Assembly (NCBI GenBank): GCA_963836235.1
Contig: CAWIIP010000002.1
Location: 768,001 to 832,000, forward strand
Direction of reading: 5' to 3'
DNA from: an uncultured Pseudomonadota bacterium
GTDB lineage: Bacteria; Oederibacteriota; Muellerivitia; Muellerivitales; Muellerivitaceae
DNA length: 64,000 nucleotides
Below the pieces are notes generated by a model. It saw only the letters and a list, made by a program, of their open reading frames with translations, had not been told where the DNA came from and made no database searches. Below, one piece after another: positions 19,876 to 29,916 of the stretch. A program made the translations under genes and the position numbers. Positions within the stretch are counted from its first letter, which is position 1. Every line of letters starts with the position of its first letter.

Positions 19876-20085
19876 TTACTTGGCGGCCGGAGTCGTGGAA
19901 GCAGCAGCCGGAGCAGCAGCGGCATCGGCTGACTTCTTCATTTTCTTGGCCTTCTTGTGCTTCTTCTTCATCGGAGCAGCGGCAGCCGGAGCAGCAGCAG
20001 CCGGAGCAGCAGCATCATCAGCCAAAACAACACCGGTTGCTCCGAGGAACAACACGGTCATCAACGCAGCAAAAAAACGCTTCAT
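19876..20085 (-). CDS. Small secreted Ala/Pro/Lys-rich protein (acid-shock-protein-like)
   Basis: AAGGAGG RBS, signal peptide ending VLA, then AAAP repeats and KKKHKKAKKMKK. Confidence 0.75.
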   Translation of the reverse strand: MKRFFAALMTVLFLGATGVVLADDAAAPAAAAPAAAAPMKKKHKKAKKMKKSADAAAAPAAASTTPAAK

Positions 20086-20252
20086 TAGAAGCCTCCTTGA
20101 AATTAAAACAGTGGTCGACCACTATTTCACAATTCCAACTCCCCACGCCGAAGCAGAAGGTCGTTGAAAGCCGGTATTGTAAGCACAGCCACTCCCAAGT
20201 GCAACTTTTTTTATTGGAAAGAAAGGGCAAAGCGGCTTGTTTTGTTGAGTTT

Positions 20253-21245
20253 TTAGGCTTTTGGGATGGATTGCCAGGCCAGCCGGGCAGCGCCGACGGC
20301 GCCCATATTATCCCCCAGCTTTGCCATTCGGAACTTTAATCCCTTCATATGGGACTTAAAGCAGCGCTTTTGAAGTTCTTTCCTCATGGGTTTCATCAAA
20401 AGATCTCCCGCTCCGGCCACCCCACCGCTAAAGATGATCATTCCGGGGTTCAAAAGATGGATCGCTGAGGTGAGTCCCACTCCCAATAGACGTCCCGCCT
20501 TTTCATAAACATTCAGGGCCTTTTTATTCCCGGCTTCGGCCATTTTCTGGAAGGAATAAGCTTCCCGGGGTTGGCCGGGGGCAAGCTTGAGCCCCGCTTC
20601 GGTGGCCAAACGGATAATTCCCGTGGCTGAAACATATTGTTCGAGGATGCCGCTATTGCCATAAGGGGTTGGAGGTCCATCGGGGATGACGACCATGTGG
20701 CCGATATGGTTGCTGACACCGGTTGCTCCCTCATAAATTTTTCCATCCAAGATAAGCCCGCCACCCACTCCCGTCCCCAAGGTCACGCACAAAACCACCT
20801 TCTCACCCTTGCCCGCGCCCACCCAGCTTTCGCCCAAGGCCGCCAGGTTGGCGTCATTTTCAAGGGCGACTTTTTTATGAAGTTTTTTTCTCAAATAATC
20901 AACGATATGAACATTTTTCCAATTGAGATTGGGGGTATAGAGAATGATCCCCTTTTTGGGGTCTAGCGGTCCGGGGGAGCCAATTCCCACCGCCAAGTGG
21001 GAAACCCAAGGTTGTCCGCTATTGGTGGAAGCAGCCCGCGCGCTTTCGACGATCCGGTTCATGACGCCCATCGCGCCCAGGGAGGCCATGGTCTTGCGTT
21101 TGTCCTTGCCGAGGACTTTTCCTTTATCATCCACGACAGCCGACACGATATTGGTTCCGCCCAGGTCCACGCCGATCACGGTTTTCAAGATACTTCTCCC
21201 GATGGAAAGTGGCGTTATTGTAGCCTTGGCTTTAGGATTAGGCAA
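20253..21245 (-). CDS. ROK family sugar kinase (glucokinase-like); start uncertain
   Basis: IGVDLGGT, GSPGP, LENDANLAALGE, TLGTGVGGG, GHM, SGGV. Confidence 0.92.
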   Translation of the reverse strand: MPNPKAKATITPLSIGRSILKTVIGVDLGGTNIVSAVVDDKGKVLGKDKRKTMASLGAMGVMNRIVESARAASTNSGQPWVSHLAVGIGSPGPLDPKKGIILYTPNLNWKNVHIVDYLRKKLHKKVALENDANLAALGESWVGAGKGEKVVLCVTLGTGVGGGLILDGKIYEGATGVSNHIGHMVVIPDGPPTPYGNSGILEQYVSATGIIRLATEAGLKLAPGQPREAYSFQKMAEAGNKKALNVYEKAGRLLGVGLTSAIHLLNPGMIIFSGGVAGAGDLLMKPMRKELQKRCFKSHMKGLKFRMAKLGDNMGAVGAARLAWQSIPKA

Positions 21246-21278
21246 AAAGATAAAAGCAAGCGGAAGGACTTTTTTCCC

Positions 21279-22910
21279 TTATTTCACCGGGCTTTGATAG
21301 AAGTGATAGTCCATTTGGGGAAACAGGTTATCCTTTTCTTCCAAATCCGAAAGAAATCGTTGATCCACTTTGTTTTCACGGACCTGTTCCAATAACTGGT
21401 TGAACCGGCTGAGATGGATTTTGATCCGGCGTTCCGCGTAAAGACCGTGGTTTCCGTTATACAGCATAAAGGCCCAATCACTGGACTGGGCCAAAAGCAA
21501 TTCACGGGCGGCCTGGTCCATGGCGCGTCGGTTTAACGGACCTTCCCCTTCTTCCCTATCCGCCAGGGCCTGTATTTCATCGCAGGCCGAGCTTAAGAGT
21601 GGATAAATCCAATCGTTCGTTTGGTTGAGCCAAACTTCCGAATAGCCACCCAAACCCCAGGAAGAAAAAACCGGTTGCGTGGGCTGGATTTCAGGGAAAC
21701 GCTTCAAATAACCGGAAGGGGTGATAAAAGAAAGGGATTCACCCCTTTGGTGGTTGAGTTCAAAAAGAAAATAGAGAAAATCCGGGCCTTCGTACCACCA
21801 ATGGCCAAATAGCTCGGCATCGTACAGGCAGTTCACTAGCGGGGTGCGTGTCATTAAGGGCCCCACTTTCCCTATTTGAGTTTGGCGGTTGGAAAGGAAG
21901 TCGAGCGCGTGTTGCCTGGCTTTCAGGCGGGCTCGCTCCGGTTGATAGGGTTCCTTTTGGTCCCCGGAACCCGTTACACGATAGTATTTAAGACCGGTAA
22001 ACCTCCGGATTCCTTCCGGTTGAAGGTAAGGATGAAGTTCTTTCTCATCTAAATCGAACCCCACATCCCGGTAAAATTCCCGGTAATCCGGATCGCCCGG
22101 ATAGCCTTCCTTTGAACTCCAAACCTGTTTGGAACTCTCCTGATCCCTTCCAAACGCGGCTAATCCCGACGGACATCGGATGGGGGCGAAAGTCCCGTAT
22201 TGGGGCCTTGGCGTCGCCTGAAGCAGCCCATGGGACTCGACAAAAAAATATTTCAATCCATAGTCTTTTAAGATTTCATCCTGGCCCGGCTGATAACCGC
22301 ATTCTGGCAGCCAAAAACCCTCAGGTTTTCCGCCAAAAAAACTTTCATGAAGTTGAAGGGCCGCTTGTATTTGGGCCCGGACAGCCGTTTCACGGACTCC
22401 CAGGATTGGCAGAAAGCCATGGGTGGCCGCGCAGGTAATAATTTCCACTTTTCCCAAAGCTTGGAATTTTTTAAACCCTATCGCGATATTACATTGATAT
22501 TGCTCGATAAAGGCCCGGCGATACTTCCCCAGTTTTTCAAGATACATCTGGAGTACCGGCTCGAACTCCGGATGATTTCGGATTCGTCCTTTTTCTTTTT
22601 CAGCCAGGGCGACGAGCTGGTCCACGTAACGAACGGCTCTTTTTTGCAAAAGCGGATCCAAGCACATGGAGAGAAGTGTGGGCGAAACGGATAAAGTAAT
22701 TTGAAAAGGGATATTCTTTTGGGATAACTCCTCAAAAACACAAAGTAAAGGAAGATAGGTCTCAAAAAGCGCCTCGTAATACCAATTTTCTTCCAAAAAA
22801 TAATCATGTTCGGGATGGCGCACATAAGGAAGATGACAGTGGAGGACCAGGGAAAGAAATCCGGAATGATTCCCTTGATCCTTGGCGACAGCGGAGGAAG
22901 AATTGGACAA
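21279..22910 (-). CDS. GH57 1,4-alpha-glucan branching enzyme (DUF1957)
   Basis: HCHLPYV, ETYLPL, THGFLP, FWLPECGY, YDAELFGHWWYEG, AQSSDWAF. Confidence 0.95.
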   Translation of the reverse strand: MSNSSSAVAKDQGNHSGFLSLVLHCHLPYVRHPEHDYFLEENWYYEALFETYLPLLCVFEELSQKNIPFQITLSVSPTLLSMCLDPLLQKRAVRYVDQLVALAEKEKGRIRNHPEFEPVLQMYLEKLGKYRRAFIEQYQCNIAIGFKKFQALGKVEIITCAATHGFLPILGVRETAVRAQIQAALQLHESFFGGKPEGFWLPECGYQPGQDEILKDYGLKYFFVESHGLLQATPRPQYGTFAPIRCPSGLAAFGRDQESSKQVWSSKEGYPGDPDYREFYRDVGFDLDEKELHPYLQPEGIRRFTGLKYYRVTGSGDQKEPYQPERARLKARQHALDFLSNRQTQIGKVGPLMTRTPLVNCLYDAELFGHWWYEGPDFLYFLFELNHQRGESLSFITPSGYLKRFPEIQPTQPVFSSWGLGGYSEVWLNQTNDWIYPLLSSACDEIQALADREEGEGPLNRRAMDQAARELLLAQSSDWAFMLYNGNHGLYAERRIKIHLSRFNQLLEQVRENKVDQRFLSDLEEKDNLFPQMDYHFYQSPVK

Positions 22911-22948
22911 TCGAATCCTTTTTCAACGATCAATTAAAAAGGGGCCTT

Positions 22949-23686
22949 TTAGTTAATTCTAGACGCGGAATATCGGTCCAACTTTTTCTTTTCCAAATTC
23001 TTCCGATAGGCTTCCGCGGAAGAAATTCCCGGAATAGGCGTGGAAGTTTCGGTTTCTTCCGCGTCCGAGAAATATTCCAAAAGGCCTTCCGGGGTTTCCC
23101 ATTTGGACCCCGTCCGCGCCGCGGAACCAACGGGTGTTTCCGAAGAGATCCCGGTTATGAGTTTACTGGAACGGGCGTAAACGACAACGCGGCCGGAAGG
23201 GGCTTTTTGGGCGATTTCGACGAAATAACTTCCATAAGCTTCTTTTAACTGGACATAACGGTTCATTTCGCCGGGTTCCACTCTGATTTCCTCAATTAAT
23301 TCGGTTTCTCCGTCCGATCCGGTTTTAAAAACACGTAAAACCATCGAGCTGTCTTTGTATTCGGCCGCCAATTGCTGTTTCATGGCTTCGATGCTCTCCG
23401 GCGTAACTTCCCAATAAGTAAAGATACAGCGCGGATCCCGGATAAAAGCGACCATCTGGGTCTCTCCCTGGCGTTTGCTCTTTTTTTGAATGGGCTCTCC
23501 CGAAGTCGCGGACAGTTTTGAAGTTTTGGTCCGAGCCACGGTCTTCTTGGCTTTGGCGCCCAAAGGCTTGGAGAGTGGCGTCTTCTTGGGCTTTGTTGGA
23601 TTTTTTTTGGGAACTTTCGTTCCTACGGACCGTTTGGGTTTCTTGGAAGAGGTAGATTCGGTTTCTTTCTTTTTTTTGCCGGGCAT
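22949..23686 (-). CDS. DUF4912 domain protein with Lys-rich N-terminus
   Basis: RDPRCIFTYWEV and ARS motifs; typical position upstream of a GH57 gene. Confidence 0.85.
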   Translation of the reverse strand: MPGKKKKETESTSSKKPKRSVGTKVPKKNPTKPKKTPLSKPLGAKAKKTVARTKTSKLSATSGEPIQKKSKRQGETQMVAFIRDPRCIFTYWEVTPESIEAMKQQLAAEYKDSSMVLRVFKTGSDGETELIEEIRVEPGEMNRYVQLKEAYGSYFVEIAQKAPSGRVVVYARSSKLITGISSETPVGSAARTGSKWETPEGLLEYFSDAEETETSTPIPGISSAEAYRKNLEKKKLDRYSASRIN

Positions 23687-23881
23687 GGGTCCCCCTCTAA
23701 AAATGAAGATGTCGGTGCTTTATCTTCCATTTTTTAACCGGAAATGGCAAGCCGTGACTATGGGCTTGATCCGTCGCCGACAAAAATGTATCCGTAAGAT
23801 TTCCTAAAAGGTCGGGTAAACGTAACTGAAGCCCTCATCCGCCTTTTCACGCTTATCACAAAGGTGTTTTGGGTGGAAATC

Positions 23882-24907
23882 TCACGGTTTCGACGCGGAA
23901 TTCCTGACGATGAGTTCTACCGGCACTTCCTGCCGCTTAGGGGGGGTATCTTTGTTTTCAATCATTTCCAGCACCCGGGAAACAGCCAACTTTCCCATAT
24001 ATTCCTTAGCCGCGCTCACGGTAGTCAAGGGCGGATCGGTATAATTGCTCATGGTGATGTTATCAAACCCGACAACACTTAAATCCGAAGGCACAGACCG
24101 GCCCATTTCACGGGCGGCCCTCAAGGCGCCCGCCGCCATTTCATCATTGACGCAAAAAAGGGCCGTCATCTTCTTATTCTTCCTCAAAATTTCCTTTGTT
24201 TTCTCATAGCCCCCTTGGAACGATAGGGACTGGCTCTCAAAGGAAAATGCGTCCTGGGCGGGCAAATCATATTTGGTGAGGGCGTTTTTCCAGCCTTCTT
24301 TTCGTTCCTCAATGCTGGGGCGGCCCTTGGCGATGCTTAAAAGACCGATATTTTTGTGGCCCAACCCTATCAAATGTTCCACCGCGATCAGCCCTCCCTG
24401 CTTATTGTCGATCTGAATGGTGTCGACTCCCTTCAGGGACGGATAATTGTCGATCGCCAACAGCGAAAGGCGGCGCTCCTGTATGTCTTTCACCATTTCG
24501 GCTTCCACCCGCCCGATTAAGAGAACTCCATCCACGTTCTTTTCCCGAATGATGAGGGGAAGGCTTTGGTAACCCTTGTAGGCCTTTTCCACGTATGAAA
24601 AAAGAAGGTTGAAATTTTTATCCACCGCTTCTTTGACCATTCCTTCGATGACAAAGGAATAAAACTGGTTGGAGATAATTTTGTCTTCCTGGTAAAAAAC
24701 CACTCCCAGGTTGCGGGTTCGGCGTCCGGCCAACCCCGCCGCCATGGCGCTGGGGTGATAATCCATTTCCCTGGCCACGTTCAAAACCCGTTTTTTGACT
24801 CCCTCGCTGATGGTCACGTTTGTCCGGTTGTTCAGGACGAACGAAACGGTGGTAATGGAGACTCCCGCTTTTTTCGCGACATCCTTGATGGTGGGGTGGG
24901 AACCCAT
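23882..24907 (-). CDS. LacI-family transcriptional regulator
   Basis: TIKDVAKKAGVSITTVSFVLN, LGHKNI, NDEMAAG, DLSVVGFDN, PPLTTV; GGAG RBS before the ATG at 24907. Confidence 0.95.
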   Translation of the reverse strand: MGSHPTIKDVAKKAGVSITTVSFVLNNRTNVTISEGVKKRVLNVAREMDYHPSAMAAGLAGRRTRNLGVVFYQEDKIISNQFYSFVIEGMVKEAVDKNFNLLFSYVEKAYKGYQSLPLIIREKNVDGVLLIGRVEAEMVKDIQERRLSLLAIDNYPSLKGVDTIQIDNKQGGLIAVEHLIGLGHKNIGLLSIAKGRPSIEERKEGWKNALTKYDLPAQDAFSFESQSLSFQGGYEKTKEILRKNKKMTALFCVNDEMAAGALRAAREMGRSVPSDLSVVGFDNITMSNYTDPPLTTVSAAKEYMGKLAVSRVLEMIENKDTPPKRQEVPVELIVRNSASKP

Positions 24908-25008
24908 GAATAACTCCAATGGATGAGTCTTGGTCCGGAAGGATTTGGACTTCATCGCGATTAAATCCAGCAAGGCGTCAAAGCCAAAGCCTTCTTCGGC
25001 GGAATTTA

Positions 25009-25039
25009 TTTTACTAAAAATTTTACTAAAAAAGTAAAA
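25009..25039. promoter_or_regulatory. Candidate operator upstream of the LacI gene
   Basis: Tandem ttttactaaaaa x2, the second forming the inverted repeat ttttact-N5-agtaaaa. Confidence 0.4.
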
Positions 25040-25206
25040 ACCCCGGTTTGCCCCGGATCTTTCAAAACTCCGAAACCGAGAAAACCTTTATTTTGCATAA
25101 ACCATTTTTGTGCGTTTGTTGGGGAAGGGACGGCCTGGACTAGAAAGATCGGTGGCGACCACTAGGTGAATCGTAGAATCCCGTTAAAATGAAAAAAGGC
25201 TAAATA

Positions 25207-28200
25207 TTAGTGAACGACCAGCAGTTTGAGGGTTTGACGGCCCATAAGGCCTCCCCCGTTCGGGTTCGTTAATTCCACCACCGCCAGGTAGACGCCGCTG
25301 GCCACATGGGAAGCGTCCCAGGAAACAAGGCCGGTTCCGGCGTCGCCGCTATTCACTTGGACCAATTCCCCCGCAAGCGTGTAAATGGACACCTGTAAGG
25401 TCAGGCTCAAGGACGAGTTAGTGTGGAAGGTCGTCGTCATTGATCCCTTGGAAGCGTTCAACACATTGGGCCAAGCCGTCACCACGCCCATCCCGCTGGC
25501 CGTATTGCGGTCTTCCACCGAAACTTCCTTAATCACCGTGGTTTCCCCGCCGCTCCCGTCCACCGTATGCACTTCCACCAGGTACTGCCCGCTTTGCACA
25601 TAGGAGCCGTCGTCGCTGGTCCCGTTCCATACCATCGTCGTTCCGTTGCTCAGCGTGATCGTCAACTGACTGGGCGCGCCGGGGCTGGGCGCCAGTCCAG
25701 GTTCGATGACGGTGGAAGACAGGTTCACCGAGGCTACCCCCACCTGGCCGGGATCGTCAGTATAGGCATAAAGGTGCTTCACCACTTCCCCCGCCTCGTT
25801 ATAAATGAGGATGGTCGAGGTATAGAGCGTCCGGTTGACCATCACCTCCTGGGTCGTGCTCACCTCGGACCCCAAACTACTGAGGCTGTCCACCTTCACG
25901 TAATAGGCCCCATTGGCCGCCAGGGTTCCACTGGAAGTCGTCCCGTTCCAACTGCCCAGGGGCATACCGTCGTAATAAATCGTCACGGCGTTATTGGGCC
26001 CGTTCAGGCTGGTGATGGCGTTGCTGGACGCAAGCGTGATGTTCTCGACCGGTTGGGATAGTTGTTCCGTCAGGATCGTATCCACCAACTCACCCGCTTC
26101 GTTGTAAACCCCGATTTTGACCGAGTATTGGCCCGTCACCAGCACGCTCACGCTGGCCGTGACGGGAGCCCCTTCCGCATAGATCAATAGGGCGTTATTG
26201 GTGATGGTACTTCCGGAGGTCAGAAGGTTATTCAATTGTGCCTGGTAGACCAGCTGGTAATTCCCAGTCGCAAGGGGCGAGGGTAAAGTCCAAGTCAATA
26301 AGCTCCCAGCTGAGCTGGTGGCGGTTCCAGGCGGGCTGGAGACGAAATCAACAAAGGTTTCACTGGCAGGCAAAGGGTCGTTTACTACTAAGTTCTGGGC
26401 GCTGTTGCCCGTAACCACCAAGTTAAGGGTATAAGTCAAGGTGTTGCCCGATTGGGCCGAGGTGGCGGTAACCTGCTTGTTCATCGAAACCGAAGTCGGG
26501 GGTGTGGGAGTGGCGGTGTAAGTAGGGGTCAATGTCGGGGTAGTGGTTGAAGTGTTGGTCGGGGTCAATGTCGCGGTCCTGGTCGAAGTGTTGGTGGCGC
26601 TATTGGTCGCGGTAAAGGTCGCGGTCGCGGTGCGGCTATTGGTAGGCGAACTGGTGGGAGTGGCGGTAGCCGTGTTGGTGGTCGTGGAAGTGGGGGTATA
26701 GGTGGGAGTATCCGTGGCGGTGTTCGCCAAAGTGTTCGTGGCTGTGGCGGTGGGCGTATTGGTCAAGGAGTTCGTCGGAGTGTTCGTAGCGGTATCCGTG
26801 GCGGTATTGGCCAAAGTGTTCGTCGCCGTGGCGGTGGCCGTATTAGTCGGGGTGCCTGTCGCTGTGTTCGTTGGAGTGTTCGTGGCGGTGTTCGCCAAAG
26901 TATTCGTGGCTGTGGCGGTGGCGGTATTGGTCGGAGTGCCTGTCGCTGTGTTCGTTGGAGTGTTCGTGGCGCTATTCGCCAGGGTTTCCGTAGGGGTGAA
27001 AGTAGCCGTATTGCTGGGCGTGGCGGTCGAGGTATTAGTCGGGGTATTGGTGGCGGTGTTCGCCAAAGTGTTCGTTGGCGTGTTAGTGGCGGTGGAAGTT
27101 GGAGTGCGGGTGAAGGTATAGGTCGCCGTGTTCGTGAGCGTGCTGGTGGATGTGAAGGTGGGCGTGTTGGTGGGGGTACTGGTCGCTGTGGGCGTAATGA
27201 CATTGGTATTGGTCGGGGTCATCGTAATCGTGGCTGTGGCGGTGTTCGTGGGGGTATTGGTAGGTGAAGCGGTTGGGGTTTTCGTCATGGTATTGGTGAG
27301 CGTGTTGGTTTGTGTCGAAGTGGCGGTATTAGTCGGGGTGTTCGTCGCCGTGGGCGTATTGACGAAAGTATTGGTGGGCGTCGTGGTGGGAGTGTTGGTG
27401 GCCGTGGAGGTCGGCGTTTTAGTGGGGGTGATGGTGGCGGTATTGGTGGGCGTGTTCGTGAGGGTGTTGGTAATCGTAGGTGTGGGGGTTTTAGTGGGTG
27501 TGCTTGTGGCTGTTGGCGTAATGACGTTGGTGTTCGTCGGCGTCATGGTAATGGTATTGGTAGCCGTGTTCGTGGCCGTGTTCGTGGGAGTTGGGCTTGG
27601 CGTACGGGTCGGGGTGTTGGTGAGCGTGTTGGTGGCCGTAGCGGTATCAGTGTTAGTGGGGGTATTGGTCACCGTATTCGTGGGAGTATTCGTGCGCGTG
27701 GGAGTGGGCGTATTGGTAAGTGTCGGGGTGGCGGTATTGGTCGGAGTATTCGTTACCGTATTGGTAGGGGTATTCGTGCGGGTGGCAGTGGGCGTATTCG
27801 TAGCGGTATTCGTAAGCGTGTTCGCTATTGTGTTGGTGGGCGTGGGAGTCACCGTATTGGTCGGAGTGTTGGTGTGCGTGGGAGTGGGGGTGTTGGTCGC
27901 AGTATTCGTCACCGTATTGGTGGCTGTATTCGTGTGAGTGGGCGTGGGGGTGTTGGTCGGAGTGGGGGTGTACGTATTGGTTGGGGTATTGGTATTGGTT
28001 TTGGTGGGGGTATTAGTGGGCGTATTGACGACCGTATTGGTCGGAGTATTGGTTTGCGTATTGGTGGGAGTGTTAGTCCGAGTGGGGGTTTGGGTATTGG
28101 TGGGTGTGAAAGTGGGAGTCTTTGTTGGTGTGTTCGTGGGCGTATTGACGACGGTATTAGTTGGAGTGAGGGTGAAAGTGTGGGTAGGTGTATTCGTGGG

Positions 28201-29502
28201 TGTATTCGTGAATGTATTCGTGTGAGTATTGGTGTTGGTGGGGGTAGGAGTGCTGACTGGGGTTGTAGGCGTCGGTGTAGGGGTGAAAGTGCGAGTCCAA
28301 GTGGGGGTGGGCGTGTTGGTATAAGTGGGCGAATTGGTAAAAGTGAAGGTATTCGTAAAGGTGGGCGTAAAGCAGGGAATGCCGACGGTAAACTGGGCGG
28401 AAGGCCCCGCATGGCCGGCACCCCATGAAACGCTGGCATCGTCCACCACCGTCTGGCATTGGTTGTTGGGCCAATAATTCTGCACGAAAGCGAAACCGAC
28501 GGTAACGCAAGAGGAGCCCGGTAGCCCTGACGGAAAGGCTACATAGGCGGGCTGTCCCTGGCCGAATGTCGGGTCGTCACCTACTCCAAAGGTGGGACTG
28601 TAGCTCCAAGTGTAGGGATTGTTCCCAAAATTATCCCATCCAAAGCCCGAGACTTGAAAACCGGCGGTTCCATTGGCTCCCGTTCCCCAATTGTCGAAAA
28701 CCGTCACGGGGCCCGTCGTTATCGGCCCACCCGTATTGCAAACCGCCACCATGAAAGTGACGGCAATGGTATTCCCGGAAGTCACTCCACCACTGTAAGT
28801 CTTGGTGATACTAAGATTCGGGGGCCCAATGGTAGGTTCAGGGGTGGGGATGGTGGTGCATTGGCGCCAAAAAAGGGCGCCAGTGGAGGTGCCGTAGTCA
28901 CCCGAACAATTGTTGGAGGCGAAAGGAAGAGTCTTACCAGTGACCGGATTATACAATTGATTGGCCCAGGTGGAAGCCGTCACCCCGCTGGAACAATAGG
29001 CAGAACTAAAAGCGCCTCCCCCATAGGTTGGGCTGTACCAAGGATTGCCGCTGGAGTCGTTTGCGGGACCAGTGCAAGGATTACAATTGGAGGCATTGGT
29101 ATAATAATTTGAGATGCCACTTCCCGTACTGGTGATTTCAGAGTGCTGGCCGCCGGTGCAGGTAATATCCAGGTCCCAGGAGGTGAAGGTGTCTTGGGGG
29201 GCGGTATTTTGGGTGTAAATTCCCAAACAGACTTGCGCGCCCGTCAAGAGGGATGTCGATACGCTGATGCAAGTGGGACTTCCGGCTCCACCCGTTCCGG
29301 GAGCGCCGGCATAAGGAAAGGTTCCGATTAAAGTTCCGCCGACATAAGCTTGAGAAAAGTCATCGCTGGAGATACAGAGTGTCGCGGACTGAGGGGTACA
29401 TTGGGCCATAGCCTGGTTCGCGGGTATCGAAAGAAAACACAAAACCGCGAGCCCGGAAACCCAAAAACGATTTAAATTATTTTTTAATGTCTTGATGAAC
29501 AT
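25207..29502 (-). CDS. Large secreted Thr-rich surface protein: lectin-like N-domain, Cys-containing DUF11-like domain, about 620-aa (T-x)n stalk, DUF11, two FlgD-Ig-like domains, T9SS-like CTD
   Basis: Signal peptide ending AMA-Q; GNTLTYTL...VVNDPLP (DUF11); YNEAGE..WNGT..G.Y repeated; C-terminal WPN..IYTLAGE..ASGVY..KLLVVH. Start at 29502 preferred, 29574 possible. Confidence 0.85.
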   Translation of the reverse strand: MFIKTLKNNLNRFWVSGLAVLCFLSIPANQAMAQCTPQSATLCISSDDFSQAYVGGTLIGTFPYAGAPGTGGAGSPTCISVSTSLLTGAQVCLGIYTQNTAPQDTFTSWDLDITCTGGQHSEITSTGSGISNYYTNASNCNPCTGPANDSSGNPWYSPTYGGGAFSSAYCSSGVTASTWANQLYNPVTGKTLPFASNNCSGDYGTSTGALFWRQCTTIPTPEPTIGPPNLSITKTYSGGVTSGNTIAVTFMVAVCNTGGPITTGPVTVFDNWGTGANGTAGFQVSGFGWDNFGNNPYTWSYSPTFGVGDDPTFGQGQPAYVAFPSGLPGSSCVTVGFAFVQNYWPNNQCQTVVDDASVSWGAGHAGPSAQFTVGIPCFTPTFTNTFTFTNSPTYTNTPTPTWTRTFTPTPTPTTPVSTPTPTNTNTHTNTFTNTPTNTPTHTFTLTPTNTVVNTPTNTPTKTPTFTPTNTQTPTRTNTPTNTQTNTPTNTVVNTPTNTPTKTNTNTPTNTYTPTPTNTPTPTHTNTATNTVTNTATNTPTPTHTNTPTNTVTPTPTNTIANTLTNTATNTPTATRTNTPTNTVTNTPTNTATPTLTNTPTPTRTNTPTNTVTNTPTNTDTATATNTLTNTPTRTPSPTPTNTATNTATNTITMTPTNTNVITPTATSTPTKTPTPTITNTLTNTPTNTATITPTKTPTSTATNTPTTTPTNTFVNTPTATNTPTNTATSTQTNTLTNTMTKTPTASPTNTPTNTATATITMTPTNTNVITPTATSTPTNTPTFTSTSTLTNTATYTFTRTPTSTATNTPTNTLANTATNTPTNTSTATPSNTATFTPTETLANSATNTPTNTATGTPTNTATATATNTLANTATNTPTNTATGTPTNTATATATNTLANTATDTATNTPTNSLTNTPTATATNTLANTATDTPTYTPTSTTTNTATATPTSSPTNSRTATATFTATNSATNTSTRTATLTPTNTSTTTPTLTPTYTATPTPPTSVSMNKQVTATSAQSGNTLTYTLNLVVTGNSAQNLVVNDPLPASETFVDFVSSPPGTATSSAGSLLTWTLPSPLATGNYQLVYQAQLNNLLTSGSTITNNALLIYAEGAPVTASVSVLVTGQYSVKIGVYNEAGELVDTILTEQLSQPVENITLASSNAITSLNGPNNAVTIYYDGMPLGSWNGTTSSGTLAANGAYYVKVDSLSSLGSEVSTTQEVMVNRTLYTSTILIYNEAGEVVKHLYAYTDDPGQVGVASVNLSSTVIEPGLAPSPGAPSQLTITLSNGTTMVWNGTSDDGSYVQSGQYLVEVHTVDGSGGETTVIKEVSVEDRNTASGMGVVTAWPNVLNASKGSMTTTFHTNSSLSLTLQVSIYTLAGELVQVNSGDAGTGLVSWDASHVASGVYLAVVELTNPNGGGLMGRQTLKLLVVH
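26500..28370 (-). repeat. Alternating-Thr low-complexity coding repeat
   Basis: TPTNT/TATNT arrays, including an 84-nt near-exact duplication starting at about 26846 and 26930. Confidence 0.9.
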
Positions 29503-29916
29503 TTCTTGTCTTTCTCGAAAAATAAACAACAACCGATAGTAAGCAAAACCCATCTGGCCTTCTATGATTGCCATCAGGTCACGATTTTTGAATCTTAGCT
29601 AAAGAAGTACCAAAAGCTCGAAACCGTCTATTAAACCGGTACCATTCCAAATCACTTAAAAAATACCCTCCAACCACTCAGCATTTGTGGTCGTTCAGGC
29701 GTTGGAAAACTATTACCTTATAACGATATTAACGGTCAATATTGTTCCTACTTGAGGAGTATCTCATACTTTTTTGATTTTAAAGAGGGTCTTGAACAAA
29801 AAAATAGGGGGATTTTGCCACATTATTGAGCCAAATTCCCTTTTAAGCCGGAAAGAGGTTTAAGTCTAACAAGTGGTTGCAGGGCTAAGTCCAAAGATTG
29901 AAAGCGTTGAAACCGT

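Noticed and set aside
26702-28428. Long Val/Gly-rich ORFs on the strand opposite the Thr-rich genes (also near 43921, 53569, 57796)
   Set aside because: They are antisense shadows: Thr/Pro/Asn codon repeats read as Val/Gly/Leu without stops; no RBS or domain motifs.
29575-29916. Possible riboswitch (for example c-di-GMP) in leaders of the giant secreted genes (also 55608-55994 and 59925-60116)
   Set aside because: No consensus aptamer recognised by eye; only short AT-rich partial symmetries such as atcgttat. An Rfam scan would be decisive.
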